Notes: generated by a model not told the origin, from the letters alone. A stretch of DNA of 27,323 nt from an uncultured Aquificales bacterium (GCA_964453345.1 CAYVOC010000002.1:1-27323); one strand, 5' to 3'. Positions 9,091 through 17,539 are shown, numbered from the stretch's first letter. Program-made: numbers and translations.

Positions 9091-10187
9091 ATCCTCTCCA
9101 AGCGCATTTTGATTCTATCGAGCATGGGTATAAGCTCCTCCGGATTGTAGGAGCTGTTCAACGCCTGATCGTAGGTTATAAGCCCCTTCTCGTAGAGCTT
9201 TGCAAGGGACTGATTCATGGTCTGCATGCCATGGTGCATCTGCCCCGCCTGCATAACGGTGTATATCTGGTGGATCTTGTTCTCCCTTATCAGATTCCTC
9301 ACCGCAGGCGTGGGAACAAGGACCTCAGCCGCCAGAACAAGCCCCTTGCCGTCGGCTCTGGGGATCAGCTTCTGGGTGATGATGCCCTCCAGAACATGGG
9401 AGAGCTGCGCCCTTATCTGGTTCTGCTGATGGGGAGGGAACACATCGATGATCCTGTTGATGGTCTCGACCGCCGAATTGGTGTGCAAGGTGGCAAAGGT
9501 GAGATGGCCCGTTTCCGCAACGGTTAAAGCTGCAGCAATGCTCTCCAGATCCCTCATCTCGCCTATGAGCACCACATCCGGATCCTGCCTCAAAACGTAT
9601 CTCAGAGCAGTGGTGAAGGACTCCGTATCGGATCCCACTTCCCTCTGGTTCACAAGGCATCTCTTGTGGGGATGCAGATACTCTATGGGATCCTCAATGG
9701 TTATTATGTGCTTCTCCATGGTGGAGTTGATCCTGTCTATCATGGCCGCAAGGGTGGTGGATTTACCGGACCCCGTGGGACCCGTAACGAGTATCAACCC
9801 CTTCGGCTTGGTGACAAAGGTCTTCACCACAGGGGGCAGACCGAGATTCTCAAGGGGAATCACCTCATAGGGGATCCTCCTGAAGGCACCAGCAACGGAA
9901 CCCCTCTGCATGAAAACGTTTGCCCTGAATCTTGAAAGCCCGGCTATACCAAAGGAAAAGTCCACCTCGTTTTTCTGTTCAAACACCTTCTTCTGATGCT
10001 CGTTCATAACGCTGTAGCAGAGTCTCTGGGTATCGGCGGGAGCAAGCTTAGGCAGATCCATCATGGGCACAAGCTTGCCGTATATCCTCATACGTGGAGG
10101 ATTGCCGACGCTTATGTGAAGATCTGTGGCCTTCTGCTCAACCATCCTTCTCAAAAGCTGCTCCATGGTAACCGGATAGTCCGACAT
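9087..10187 (-). CDS. pilT: Type IV pilus retraction ATPase PilT
   Basis: GPTGSGKSTT, EDPIE, LRQDPDVVLIGEMRD, TGHL..ATLHTN and the PilT signature AVRNLIRE. Confidence 0.96.
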   Translation of the reverse strand: MSDYPVTMEQLLRRMVEQKATDLHISVGNPPRMRIYGKLVPMMDLPKLAPADTQRLCYSVMNEHQKKVFEQKNEVDFSFGIAGLSRFRANVFMQRGSVAGAFRRIPYEVIPLENLGLPPVVKTFVTKPKGLILVTGPTGSGKSTTLAAMIDRINSTMEKHIITIEDPIEYLHPHKRCLVNQREVGSDTESFTTALRYVLRQDPDVVLIGEMRDLESIAAALTVAETGHLTFATLHTNSAVETINRIIDVFPPHQQNQIRAQLSHVLEGIITQKLIPRADGKGLVLAAEVLVPTPAVRNLIRENKIHQIYTVMQAGQMHHGMQTMNQSLAKLYEKGLITYDQALNSSYNPEELIPMLDRIKMRLERM

Positions 10188-10207
10188 ATCCCACCTCCAG
10201 AAGGCGG

Positions 10208-11935
10208 CTAAGAGACCGCCCTTATAACTTCCTCAAGGGTTGTTATCCCCCTCTTTGCCTTTAGCAGACCGGCCTCCCTCAACTCAAGCATGCCGTTGGC
10301 CTTGGCAAGATCCCTTATCTCGTCCTCAGATCCCCCTCTGACAATAGCCCTCCTTATATCCGGGGTCACCTCCATAAGCTCATAAACCGCTATTCTGCCC
10401 TTGTATCCGGTATTTCTACACCGGGAACAACCCTCGCCTATGAAAAAGGGACCATCCTCGGGGGTGAGTCCAAGGGTCTCAAGCACCTCATGGGGAGGGG
10501 TATACTCTCTCTTACAGTAGGGGCATATCTTCCTGACCAGCCTCTGGGCCACAACAAGGATCAAAGAGGAGGATACCAAAAAAGGCTCCACGCCCATATC
10601 GATAAGCCTGGTAACAGTGGCCGGTGCATTGTTGGTGTGAACCGTTGAGAAGACCAGATGACCGGTCAGAGCAGCCTTTATTGCTATATCCGCCGTCTCC
10701 CTGTCCCTTATCTCCCCCACAAGGATAATGTCCGGGTCCTGTCTCAAAAAGGCCCTCAAGGCCGAGGCGAAGGTCAAACCAACAGCCTCATTCACATTCA
10801 CCTGGTTTATCCCCTCAAAGTTATACTCAACGGGGTCCTCAACGGTCATAATGTTAACCTTCGGGGAGTTGAGAATCCTCAAAGCCGAATACAGGGTGGT
10901 GGTTTTACCGGAACCCGTAGGCCCCGTTATCAAAATCATCCCGTAGGATTTTCTTATGCTTCTCTCAAAGATCTTCTTCTGCTCCTCCTCAAAGCCCAGA
11001 AGATCCAGATCAAGCACAAGCCCGGCCTTATCAAGAAGCCTCATAACCACCTTTTCGCCTGTAACCGTGGGAACTGTGGAGACACGGATATCTATCTCCC
11101 TGCCGCTCACCCTTGCCTTTATCCTTCCGTCCTGGGGAACCCTTCTTTCCACAACATTCAGCTTCGCCATAACCTTCACCCTTGCAACGATGGCGTCCCG
11201 CATCTTGGTGGAAACCGTCATCTGCTCCTCAAGAACCCCATCTACCCTGAACCTTACCCTGACCCTCTTCTCATAGGGCTCTATGTGTATGTCGCTTGCC
11301 CCCTTGGCCACCGCCTCCTTGAGGAGAAAGTTGACGAGCCTGACCACGGGAGCCTGATAGGCAAGCTCCTCAACGGTCCCGACACTCAGGGTGTCATCCT
11401 CTTCGGAAACCAGATCTATCTCCCCCTCATCCTCCTCCAGGGCTGCCTGATCTTCTGAAACTATATCTTTGAGTAGCTCATCCTTCTTTGCAGACTCATA
11501 GAGGACTTCTCTTGCCGCCTTTACAAAATCCTCGGTGGAAAGCACCACCTTGACGTTGTAGCCCGTTGCAAACCTTATGTAATCCATGGCCGAAATATCA
11601 AGAACATCGGGAGAGGCAAGCCATATGATCCCGTCCTCCTTTTTCACGGGAACCACGTTGAACATGGAAGAGATGCGTTCCGGAACAAGCTTGGCAAGTT
11701 CTTTATCTATCTTTTCAGGATCAAGACACTCCTCGACACTCTTCAGGGTTGCCCTATACTCCTGAAGGGTCTTCTCAAGAACGTCCCTTGCCACATACCC
11801 CTTCTCAACGAGTATATCCCCGATGCGCTTACCCGTTCTGGCCTGCTCCTTCAGGGCATCCTCGAGCTGTTCCTCCGTGATGAGGCCCTTTCTTATGAGG
11901 AGTTCCCCGATCCTCAGCCTGGCAAAGCTTCCCAT
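10208..11935 (-). CDS. pilB: Type IV pilus assembly ATPase PilB (GspE/PulE family) with N-terminal MshEN domain
   Basis: ASDIHIEP, GPTGSGKTTT, LRQDPD, tetra-Cys motif CPYC..CSRC and N-terminal tandem RIG-xxLxxxG motifs; adjacent to pilT. Confidence 0.93.
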   Translation of the reverse strand: MGSFARLRIGELLIRKGLITEEQLEDALKEQARTGKRIGDILVEKGYVARDVLEKTLQEYRATLKSVEECLDPEKIDKELAKLVPERISSMFNVVPVKKEDGIIWLASPDVLDISAMDYIRFATGYNVKVVLSTEDFVKAAREVLYESAKKDELLKDIVSEDQAALEEDEGEIDLVSEEDDTLSVGTVEELAYQAPVVRLVNFLLKEAVAKGASDIHIEPYEKRVRVRFRVDGVLEEQMTVSTKMRDAIVARVKVMAKLNVVERRVPQDGRIKARVSGREIDIRVSTVPTVTGEKVVMRLLDKAGLVLDLDLLGFEEEQKKIFERSIRKSYGMILITGPTGSGKTTTLYSALRILNSPKVNIMTVEDPVEYNFEGINQVNVNEAVGLTFASALRAFLRQDPDIILVGEIRDRETADIAIKAALTGHLVFSTVHTNNAPATVTRLIDMGVEPFLVSSSLILVVAQRLVRKICPYCKREYTPPHEVLETLGLTPEDGPFFIGEGCSRCRNTGYKGRIAVYELMEVTPDIRRAIVRGGSEDEIRDLAKANGMLELREAGLLKAKRGITTLEEVIRAVS

Positions 11936-11976
11936 GCAGACAAGAATAAAGAAAAAGGCGGGGTAAAATCAAGGAA

Positions 11977-12049
11977 TGGCGGCGGAGGGATTCGAACCCC
12001 CGACCCGGCGCTTATGAGACGCCTGCTCTACCACCTGAGCTACGCCGCC
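11977..12049 (-). tRNA. tRNA with CAT anticodon, most likely elongator tRNA-Met; CCA not encoded
   Basis: GGCGGCG TA GCTC AGGTGGTA GAGC A GGCGT CTCATAA GCGCC GGGTC GGGGG TTCGAAT CCCTC CGCCGCC A folds into a full cloverleaf. G1-C72 is paired, so it is not an initiator. tRNA-Ile2 cannot be fully excluded. Confidence 0.93.
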
Positions 12050-12060
12050 CTGCAGCTTGT

Positions 12061-12089
12061 CTAATAAAATTCCCACCGGCTTTTGTCAA
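12061..12089 (-). promoter_or_regulatory. Putative sigma70 promoter of the tRNA
   Basis: TTGACA (12089-12084), 17 nt spacer, TATTAG (12066-12061), 11 nt upstream of the tRNA 5' end. Confidence 0.55.
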
Positions 12090-12094
12090 GCCAG

Positions 12095-13051
12095 CTATAT
12101 CTCCTCCCCCTGATAACAGCACTTGCAGGAGATCTTCTCTATCACCGAGTAGGGATCGATCCTTTTTTCAAACATCTCATTTATTATCTGGGAGTATAGC
12201 CCCTTCTCCTCCATTCTCTTGATCAGATCCTCCAGAAGTTTATCCTTCAGAAGCAGCAAAAAGAGATTCTCCAGCCTGTCCCTTCTGTAGCTCTCAAATC
12301 TGCCCGTCTTCTCAAGAAATCTTTTGTGTTCAAAGATGCCCTCGATCAGCTCGTCGAAGCCCTCATCCTTCATGGCGCTCACCTTGTAGACGGGCACCTT
12401 CCAGCCCTCTTCCCTTGGGGGACTCATATCAAGCATCACCTTCAACTCCCTGACGGTCTTATCCGCTTCAGGTTTATCGCCCTTGTTAACCACAAAGATG
12501 TCGGCAATCTCCAGAACCCCCGCCTTTATAGCCTGTATGTCATCTCCCAGGCCGGGAACGGTGACCACGATTGTGGTATCCGCCGTCTTGACTATGTCCA
12601 CCTCGTCCTGACCAACTCCAACGGTCTCAACGATGATTATGTCCATACCCATGGCATCCATGACCTGGATAACATCGTCGGTGCACTTGGCCAGCCCCCC
12701 CAAATGCCCCCTCGTGGCGAGGGACTTCACAAAAACACCCTCATCGAGGGAGTGATCCTGCATCCGGATCCTGTCACCAAGTATAGCGCCCCCGGAGAAG
12801 GGACTTGTGGGATCTATGGCAACCACTCCCACCTTATAGCCCCTCTTTCTGAGATGGGAGACCAGCTTGTTTATCATGGTGCTTTTGCCAGCCCCCGGAG
12901 GACCGGTGATCCCAAGAATATAGGCCCTGCCCGTGTAGGGATATATGCGCTTCAAAATCTCCTTACCTTCAGGATACTCATCCTCCACAAGCCTGATGGC
13001 CCTTGCAGCAGCCCTTCTATCCCCCTTAAGCAGCTTATCAATCAACCCCAT
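12095..13051 (-). CDS. meaB: MeaB/ArgK GTPase chaperone of adenosylcobalamin-dependent mutases
   Basis: GITGPPGAGKST, AIDPTSPFSGGAILGDRIRM, ETVGVGQDE, GDDIQAIKAG and NKGD. ATG 13051 has GAGGTG upstream; GTG 13060 is an alternative start. Confidence 0.96.
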   Translation of the reverse strand: MGLIDKLLKGDRRAAARAIRLVEDEYPEGKEILKRIYPYTGRAYILGITGPPGAGKSTMINKLVSHLRKRGYKVGVVAIDPTSPFSGGAILGDRIRMQDHSLDEGVFVKSLATRGHLGGLAKCTDDVIQVMDAMGMDIIIVETVGVGQDEVDIVKTADTTIVVTVPGLGDDIQAIKAGVLEIADIFVVNKGDKPEADKTVRELKVMLDMSPPREEGWKVPVYKVSAMKDEGFDELIEGIFEHKRFLEKTGRFESYRRDRLENLFLLLLKDKLLEDLIKRMEEKGLYSQIINEMFEKRIDPYSVIEKISCKCCYQGEEI

Positions 13052-13053
13052 CT

Positions 13054-13806
13054 TCAACACCTCGCAAGTATAGTGTAGATCTGATACTGACCAAACCCCT
13101 TGGCATCCATATCATAGGCTCTGTTGAGAAGGCTCTTTATAGCGGAAAGCCTTCCCCAGGATCTCAAGGCCACATTTTTGGCAAGCTCCCTCACCCTTTC
13201 GCCGAGTCTATCATGCTCCACAACCTCGTGAACGATCCCCAACTCAAGAGCCTCAGAAGCGGAAAGGATCCTCGCCGTGAAAAACATCTCCTTGGCCGCC
13301 CTCACTCCCACAAGCCTTCTTAAACGCTGGGTCCCACCAAAACCGGTTATTATCCCCATCTTGCATGCAGTATGGGCTATCTTCGCCCTGTCAGAAGCTA
13401 TCCTCAGATCACAGGCCATGGAAAAGTCAAAGCCACCGCCCATGCAATACCCGTCTATGGCGGCTATGATAACCTGAGGGACCCTTTCCATGGTGTTGAA
13501 AAGCTCGTGACCAAGATCACAAAACCAGAGGGCATCGTATTTATCAAAGGAGTCCAGCTCCTTTATATCCGCGCCCGCCACGAAAACCTTATCACCGGCG
13601 CTCTCAACCACCACAACCCTGATCCTTCTGTCGTATAGAAGGGATTTGAAGAAAAGGACAAGCTCCCTTAGGGTGTCAACGCTTAAGGTATTCATCTTTC
13701 GGGGGCGGTCTATGAAAAGGTAAGCAACCGCCCCCTCATACTCAACCTTTATGTTCTCAAAGGCTAAAGCTTGACGGGACGAGGTTTCACATTGTTTCTC
13801 ACCCAT
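13054..13806 (-). CDS. Enoyl-CoA hydratase/isomerase (crotonase) superfamily protein with non-canonical active site
   Basis: [15 protein letters not shown] oxyanion motif, [13 protein letters not shown] and [14 protein letters not shown] lies 8 nt before ATG 13806; 43-nt overlap with the upstream gene. Confidence 0.9.
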   Translation of the reverse strand: MGEKQCETSSRQALAFENIKVEYEGAVAYLFIDRPRKMNTLSVDTLRELVLFFKSLLYDRRIRVVVVESAGDKVFVAGADIKELDSFDKYDALWFCDLGHELFNTMERVPQVIIAAIDGYCMGGGFDFSMACDLRIASDRAKIAHTACKMGIITGFGGTQRLRRLVGVRAAKEMFFTARILSASEALELGIVHEVVEHDRLGERVRELAKNVALRSWGRLSAIKSLLNRAYDMDAKGFGQYQIYTILARC

Positions 13807-14180
13807 TCAACGATCTCCTCAAGGGGTGTTCCCGGAAGGAAGATCTCCTTAACCCCAACCTCCTTGAGCTTGGGAATATCATCAAGGGGGATAATGCCTC
13901 CCCCAAACACCACCACATCATCCAAGCCGGCCTCCTTAAGCTTCTGCATCAAGGTGGGAAAGACATACATGTGGGCCCCAGAAAGGATACTTATGCCGAT
14001 GGCGTCAACGTCCTCCTCAAGAGCCGCCTGGACGATCTGATCTATGGACTGGTGAAGCCCGGTATAGATAACCTCAAAACCCGCATCCCTCAAAGCCCTT
14101 GCCACAACCTTGGCTCCCCTGTCGTGCCCATCAAGACCCGGCTTGGCTATGAGTATTTTAACCTTCCTCTCCTGAGCCAT
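13764..14180 (-). CDS. icmB: Cobalamin-binding small subunit of the acyl-CoA mutase (IcmB/MCM C-terminal domain)
   Basis: [12 protein letters not shown] (DxHxxG), SILSGAH, GGIIP and FLPGT. Confidence 0.93.
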   Translation of the reverse strand: MAQERKVKILIAKPGLDGHDRGAKVVARALRDAGFEVIYTGLHQSIDQIVQAALEEDVDAIGISILSGAHMYVFPTLMQKLKEAGLDDVVVFGGGIIPLDDIPKLKEVGVKEIFLPGTPLEEIVEWVRNNVKPRPVKL

Positions 14181-14203
14181 ACCCTACCTCCTCCAGAAAC
14201 TGG

Positions 14204-14974
14204 TTATTTAAACTCCAGATCCCTAACCCCATCAGGGTCTATTCTTCTTATAAACTCAAGCTCCTGCTCCGTGGGGGGGTCGGTGGTCGGAACCTCATCC
14301 GGAACGATCAGCTCAAAGCCGGTATTGCTGATCACATCCTCAAGACTGACTCCGGGGTGAAGAGAGACCAGCCTCATCCTCTTAGTCTTGGGCTCAAAGT
14401 CCATAACACACAGATTGGTGATAACCTTCCTCGGACCCCCCTTGGGTATCCCAAGCCTCTCCCTGGTATCCCACCCGTTTATGTATCCCTGACCGGTTAT
14501 GAACCCCACCTTCTCCACAAAAACCCTGCTGCTGTGCCTTGGAACCCATATAACCGTCTCCATAAAGGCGCAAAGATAGGCGGATGCCGCACCACCGGGC
14601 AACCTGACCTTGGGCCTCTCATAGCTACCTATAACGCTCAAATTCGTATTGCCATACATGTCAACCTGCGCCGCTCCCAAAAATATCAGGTCAAGCTCCC
14701 CTCTCTGGGCCAGGTCAAAGACCTCGGCCAGGGGAACATAGGCCACACAGTTCTCCTGGAGTTTTGGAGCAGCAGTTGAAAAGGGCACCTTTGAAGGGGA
14801 AGGATCCACAGCGTCCGCCGTGTTGAAGTAGACCATGTTGGGAGCGTGGGTGTTCTTGGCGAGAAGACAGGCTATCATGGGCATGGGGGAGTAGAGTCCC
14901 TGAAGGACCCTGTCCCCATCCCTTATCTCCCTTGCCATAAGGCTTATCATAAGTTCACTCACGGTGTATTCCAT
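14204..14974 (-). CDS. Family I CoA-transferase-fold beta subunit (GctB/AibB/IpdB-like), catalytic Glu absent
   Basis: LGAAQVDMYGNTNLSVIG.Y..PKVRLPGG, VITNLCVMDF, LHPGV and NTGFEL. Confidence 0.9.
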   Translation of the reverse strand: MEYTVSELMISLMAREIRDGDRVLQGLYSPMPMIACLLAKNTHAPNMVYFNTADAVDPSPSKVPFSTAAPKLQENCVAYVPLAEVFDLAQRGELDLIFLGAAQVDMYGNTNLSVIGSYERPKVRLPGGAASAYLCAFMETVIWVPRHSSRVFVEKVGFITGQGYINGWDTRERLGIPKGGPRKVITNLCVMDFEPKTKRMRLVSLHPGVSLEDVISNTGFELIVPDEVPTTDPPTEQELEFIRRIDPDGVRDLEFK

Positions 14975-14978
14975 GGCA

Positions 14979-15788
14979 CTATCCCTTAAGCACGTATTTT
15001 TTCAAATATTCCTCAAAGCCCTCGGGGGTCTTTGAAAGCTTAGCATACTCCTTTATGTGCCCATCATCAGAATCGTAGTATCCGTCGCAGGATGTGGGAT
15101 ACGCCCCCTTGGGTGCGTGAACAACCGCGCTCACGTAAAAGTATGGGATCGTTGTGGCATGGGGATTCGCCTTTATTTCCTCATGAGGAATTATCTCCTC
15201 CACGCTGACTATAACCTTCTTAGCCCCCTTGGCCATGTATACGTCTTCCCAGGGAGATCCCAGAAGCTGAACATTCCCATATTCATCGGCCCTGTGGGCG
15301 TGGATGAGGGCAACATCCGGATTCAAGGCCTTAACGAGAACCATCTTCTCCCCTGTGAAGGGGCAGATGAACTCCTTTATGGTCTTGCTGTGCCTCAAAA
15401 CATCCGAACCTATCATCCCCTTAACGGGAATGCACGGAATTCCCATGGCAGAAGCCCTTATGGAGTTTATTATCGTGCCGCAGGCATGCTCATCCAGCTC
15501 TATCTCCCCGGCTTCCGCCTTCCTCCTGAAATTAGGAGCAAGGCCAAACTCCTCCAAGGAGACAAGGGCAAAGGAAACCTTTTTGACACAGCCCGCACCT
15601 ATAAGCATATCGAAGTCCATTCCCTTCTCACGGCCAAGGATATGCAGATCCCTTTTGTTCTGCCTTATCACTTCCCTAACCAGCTCCATGGGGCAACGAT
15701 TCCTGCCCACCCCGCCTATGGCAACAACATCCCCGTCTGATACAAACCTGCTTACGGCCTCAGAAAGATCCATCAACCTTCTCTCCAT
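14979..15788 (-). CDS. Family I CoA-transferase-fold alpha subunit (GctA/AibA/IpdA-like)
   Basis: DGDVVAIGG, DMLIGAGCV, CPFTGE, PDVALIHAHRADEYGN and VSVEEI. Start moved to ATG 15788 (MERRL), just downstream of the mutase stop. Confidence 0.9.
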   Translation of the reverse strand: MERRLMDLSEAVSRFVSDGDVVAIGGVGRNRCPMELVREVIRQNKRDLHILGREKGMDFDMLIGAGCVKKVSFALVSLEEFGLAPNFRRKAEAGEIELDEHACGTIINSIRASAMGIPCIPVKGMIGSDVLRHSKTIKEFICPFTGEKMVLVKALNPDVALIHAHRADEYGNVQLLGSPWEDVYMAKGAKKVIVSVEEIIPHEEIKANPHATTIPYFYVSAVVHAPKGAYPTSCDGYYDSDDGHIKEYAKLSKTPEGFEEYLKKYVLKG

Positions 15789-15801
15789 CAAACAACCCCC
15801 G

Positions 15802-17514
15802 TTAGAAGAATGCGGGGTCCTTATACTCACCAAAGACATCCTTCATGGCGTTGCAGATCTCACCTATGGATGCGTATTCCCTGACCAGATCTATGATTAT
15901 GGGCATGACGTTCTCCTTCTCGTCCTTACAGGCATCCCTCAGGTCATCGAGCAGCCTCTTCACCTTGGCGTTGTCACGCTTGCGTCTCACCTCGTTGAGT
16001 CTCTCAATCTGCACCCTCTCAACCTCGGGATCTATTTTCAGGATCTCTATGGGCAGATCGTGCTCCTCACCCATCACAAACTCATTAACTCCCACAATGA
16101 TCTTTTCCTTGTTCTCAACCGCCTGCTGGAAGCGGAAGGCGGACTCTGTTATCTCCCTCTGCGGATACCCCTTCTTGATGGCCTCAAGCATGCCGCCCAT
16201 CTCCTCTATCTTGTAGATATACTCCCAGGCCTTTTCCTCTATCTGATTGGTCAAAGCCTCCACGAAGTAGGAGCCGGCAAGGGGATCTATGGTGTTGGTT
16301 ATGCCCGACTCATAGGCGATGATCTGCTGGGTTCTTGTGGCAACGGTGACAGCTTCCTCTGTGGGAAGGGCCCACGTCTCGTCCATGGAGTTGGTGTGCA
16401 GCGACTGGGTTCCTCCAAGCACCGCCGCCATGGCCTCTATGGTGGTTCTAACAATGTTATTGAGGGGCTGCTGGGCCGTGAGGGAGCATCCAGCAGTCTG
16501 GGTGTGGAACCTCATCCACCAGGATCTGGGGTTCTTGGCGCCGAACCACTCCTTCATGATCTTGGCCCACATGCGGCGGGCTGCACGGAACTTGGCTATC
16601 TCCTCAAAGAAGTCCATGTGGCTGTCGAAGAAGAAGGAGTATCTGGGGGCAAAGGCGTCCACATCAAGACCGGCGTTTATCCCCATTCTCACATACTCAA
16701 TGCCATCGGCCAGGGTGAAGGCGAGCTCCTGAACGGCCGTGGCCCCCGCCTCCCTTATGTGATAGCCGGAGATGGAGATGGTGTTCCACTTAGGAACATG
16801 GTGGGTGCAGTAAACCACTATATCCCTGACAAGTCTCAGCGAGGGTTCGGGAGGATAGATCCAGGTCTTCTGTGCGATGAACTCCTTGAGCATGTCGTTT
16901 TGCACGGTGCCGCCTATTTTGTCCTGGGAAACCCCCTGCTTCTCGGCGCAGACGATATACATGGCTAGAAGAACGATGGCGGGGGGATTTATGGTCATGG
17001 AGGTAGTGATCTTGTCCATGGGGATGCCGTCAAAGATGATCTCAAAGTCCTTCAGGGTATCCACGGCAACACCGCATTTGCCAACCTCGCCCCTCGCCAT
17101 GGGATCGTCGGAATCCCTCCCGTAGAGGGTGGGGAAGTCAAAGGCGATGGAGAGTCCCGTCTGGCCTATGGAGAGCAGATACTTATAGCGCTTGTTGGTC
17201 TGCTCCGGGGTTCCAAAGCCCGCAAACTGCCTGATGGTCCAGATCCTTCCGCGATACATGGTGGTGTGAACGCCGCGGGTGAAGGGGTATTCACCCGGAA
17301 AGCCCAGATCCCTCATGTAGTCAAAATCTTTAATATCTTCAGGCGTGTAAACCCTCTTTATCTCCAAGTCAGACAGGGAATAGAACTTCTCCTTTCTCTC
17401 CGGGTGTTTCGCCATTTCCTTAGCGAGGGGACCCTGCTCCCACCTCTCCCTTTCCCTTGTTATCTCTTCAATGGCCTCATCGTTGAAGAGCCTGTTTTTC
17501 GCCTTCACCTCCAT
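15802..17514 (-). CDS. icmA: Adenosylcobalamin-dependent acyl-CoA mutase large subunit (methylmalonyl-CoA mutase family, isobutyryl-CoA mutase type)
   Basis: [49 protein letters not shown] and [10 protein letters not shown]; specificity residues are F97/Q215. Confidence 0.92.
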   Translation of the reverse strand: MEVKAKNRLFNDEAIEEITRERERWEQGPLAKEMAKHPERKEKFYSLSDLEIKRVYTPEDIKDFDYMRDLGFPGEYPFTRGVHTTMYRGRIWTIRQFAGFGTPEQTNKRYKYLLSIGQTGLSIAFDFPTLYGRDSDDPMARGEVGKCGVAVDTLKDFEIIFDGIPMDKITTSMTINPPAIVLLAMYIVCAEKQGVSQDKIGGTVQNDMLKEFIAQKTWIYPPEPSLRLVRDIVVYCTHHVPKWNTISISGYHIREAGATAVQELAFTLADGIEYVRMGINAGLDVDAFAPRYSFFFDSHMDFFEEIAKFRAARRMWAKIMKEWFGAKNPRSWWMRFHTQTAGCSLTAQQPLNNIVRTTIEAMAAVLGGTQSLHTNSMDETWALPTEEAVTVATRTQQIIAYESGITNTIDPLAGSYFVEALTNQIEEKAWEYIYKIEEMGGMLEAIKKGYPQREITESAFRFQQAVENKEKIIVGVNEFVMGEEHDLPIEILKIDPEVERVQIERLNEVRRKRDNAKVKRLLDDLRDACKDEKENVMPIIIDLVREYASIGEICNAMKDVFGEYKDPAFF

Positions 17515-17539
17515 GACAAACCTCCAAAAGCTAAAGTTT

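Noticed and set aside
11977-12049. tRNA as an integration site for the acyl-CoA cassette
   Set aside because: No integrase, no duplicated tRNA 3' end and no evident compositional shift were seen, and the cassette lies on the tRNA's 5' side.
583-13638. Many plus-strand ORFs of 60-358 aa overlapping the minus-strand genes
   Set aside because: All are antisense to well-supported conserved genes and show no independent family signal.
15789-15839. N-terminal extension of the CoA-transferase alpha ORF (likewise gltX 3044-3061)
   Set aside because: The extensions overlap the upstream genes, and downstream ATGs give family-typical N-termini.
15304-16968. 554-aa plus-strand ORF
   Set aside because: It lies antisense to the mutase and CoA-transferase alpha genes and has no recognisable motifs; a codon-bias shadow ORF.
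15802-17514. Calling the mutase methylmalonyl-CoA mutase
   Set aside because: The carboxylate-binding Tyr/Arg are Phe/Gln, and there is no epimerase in the cluster.
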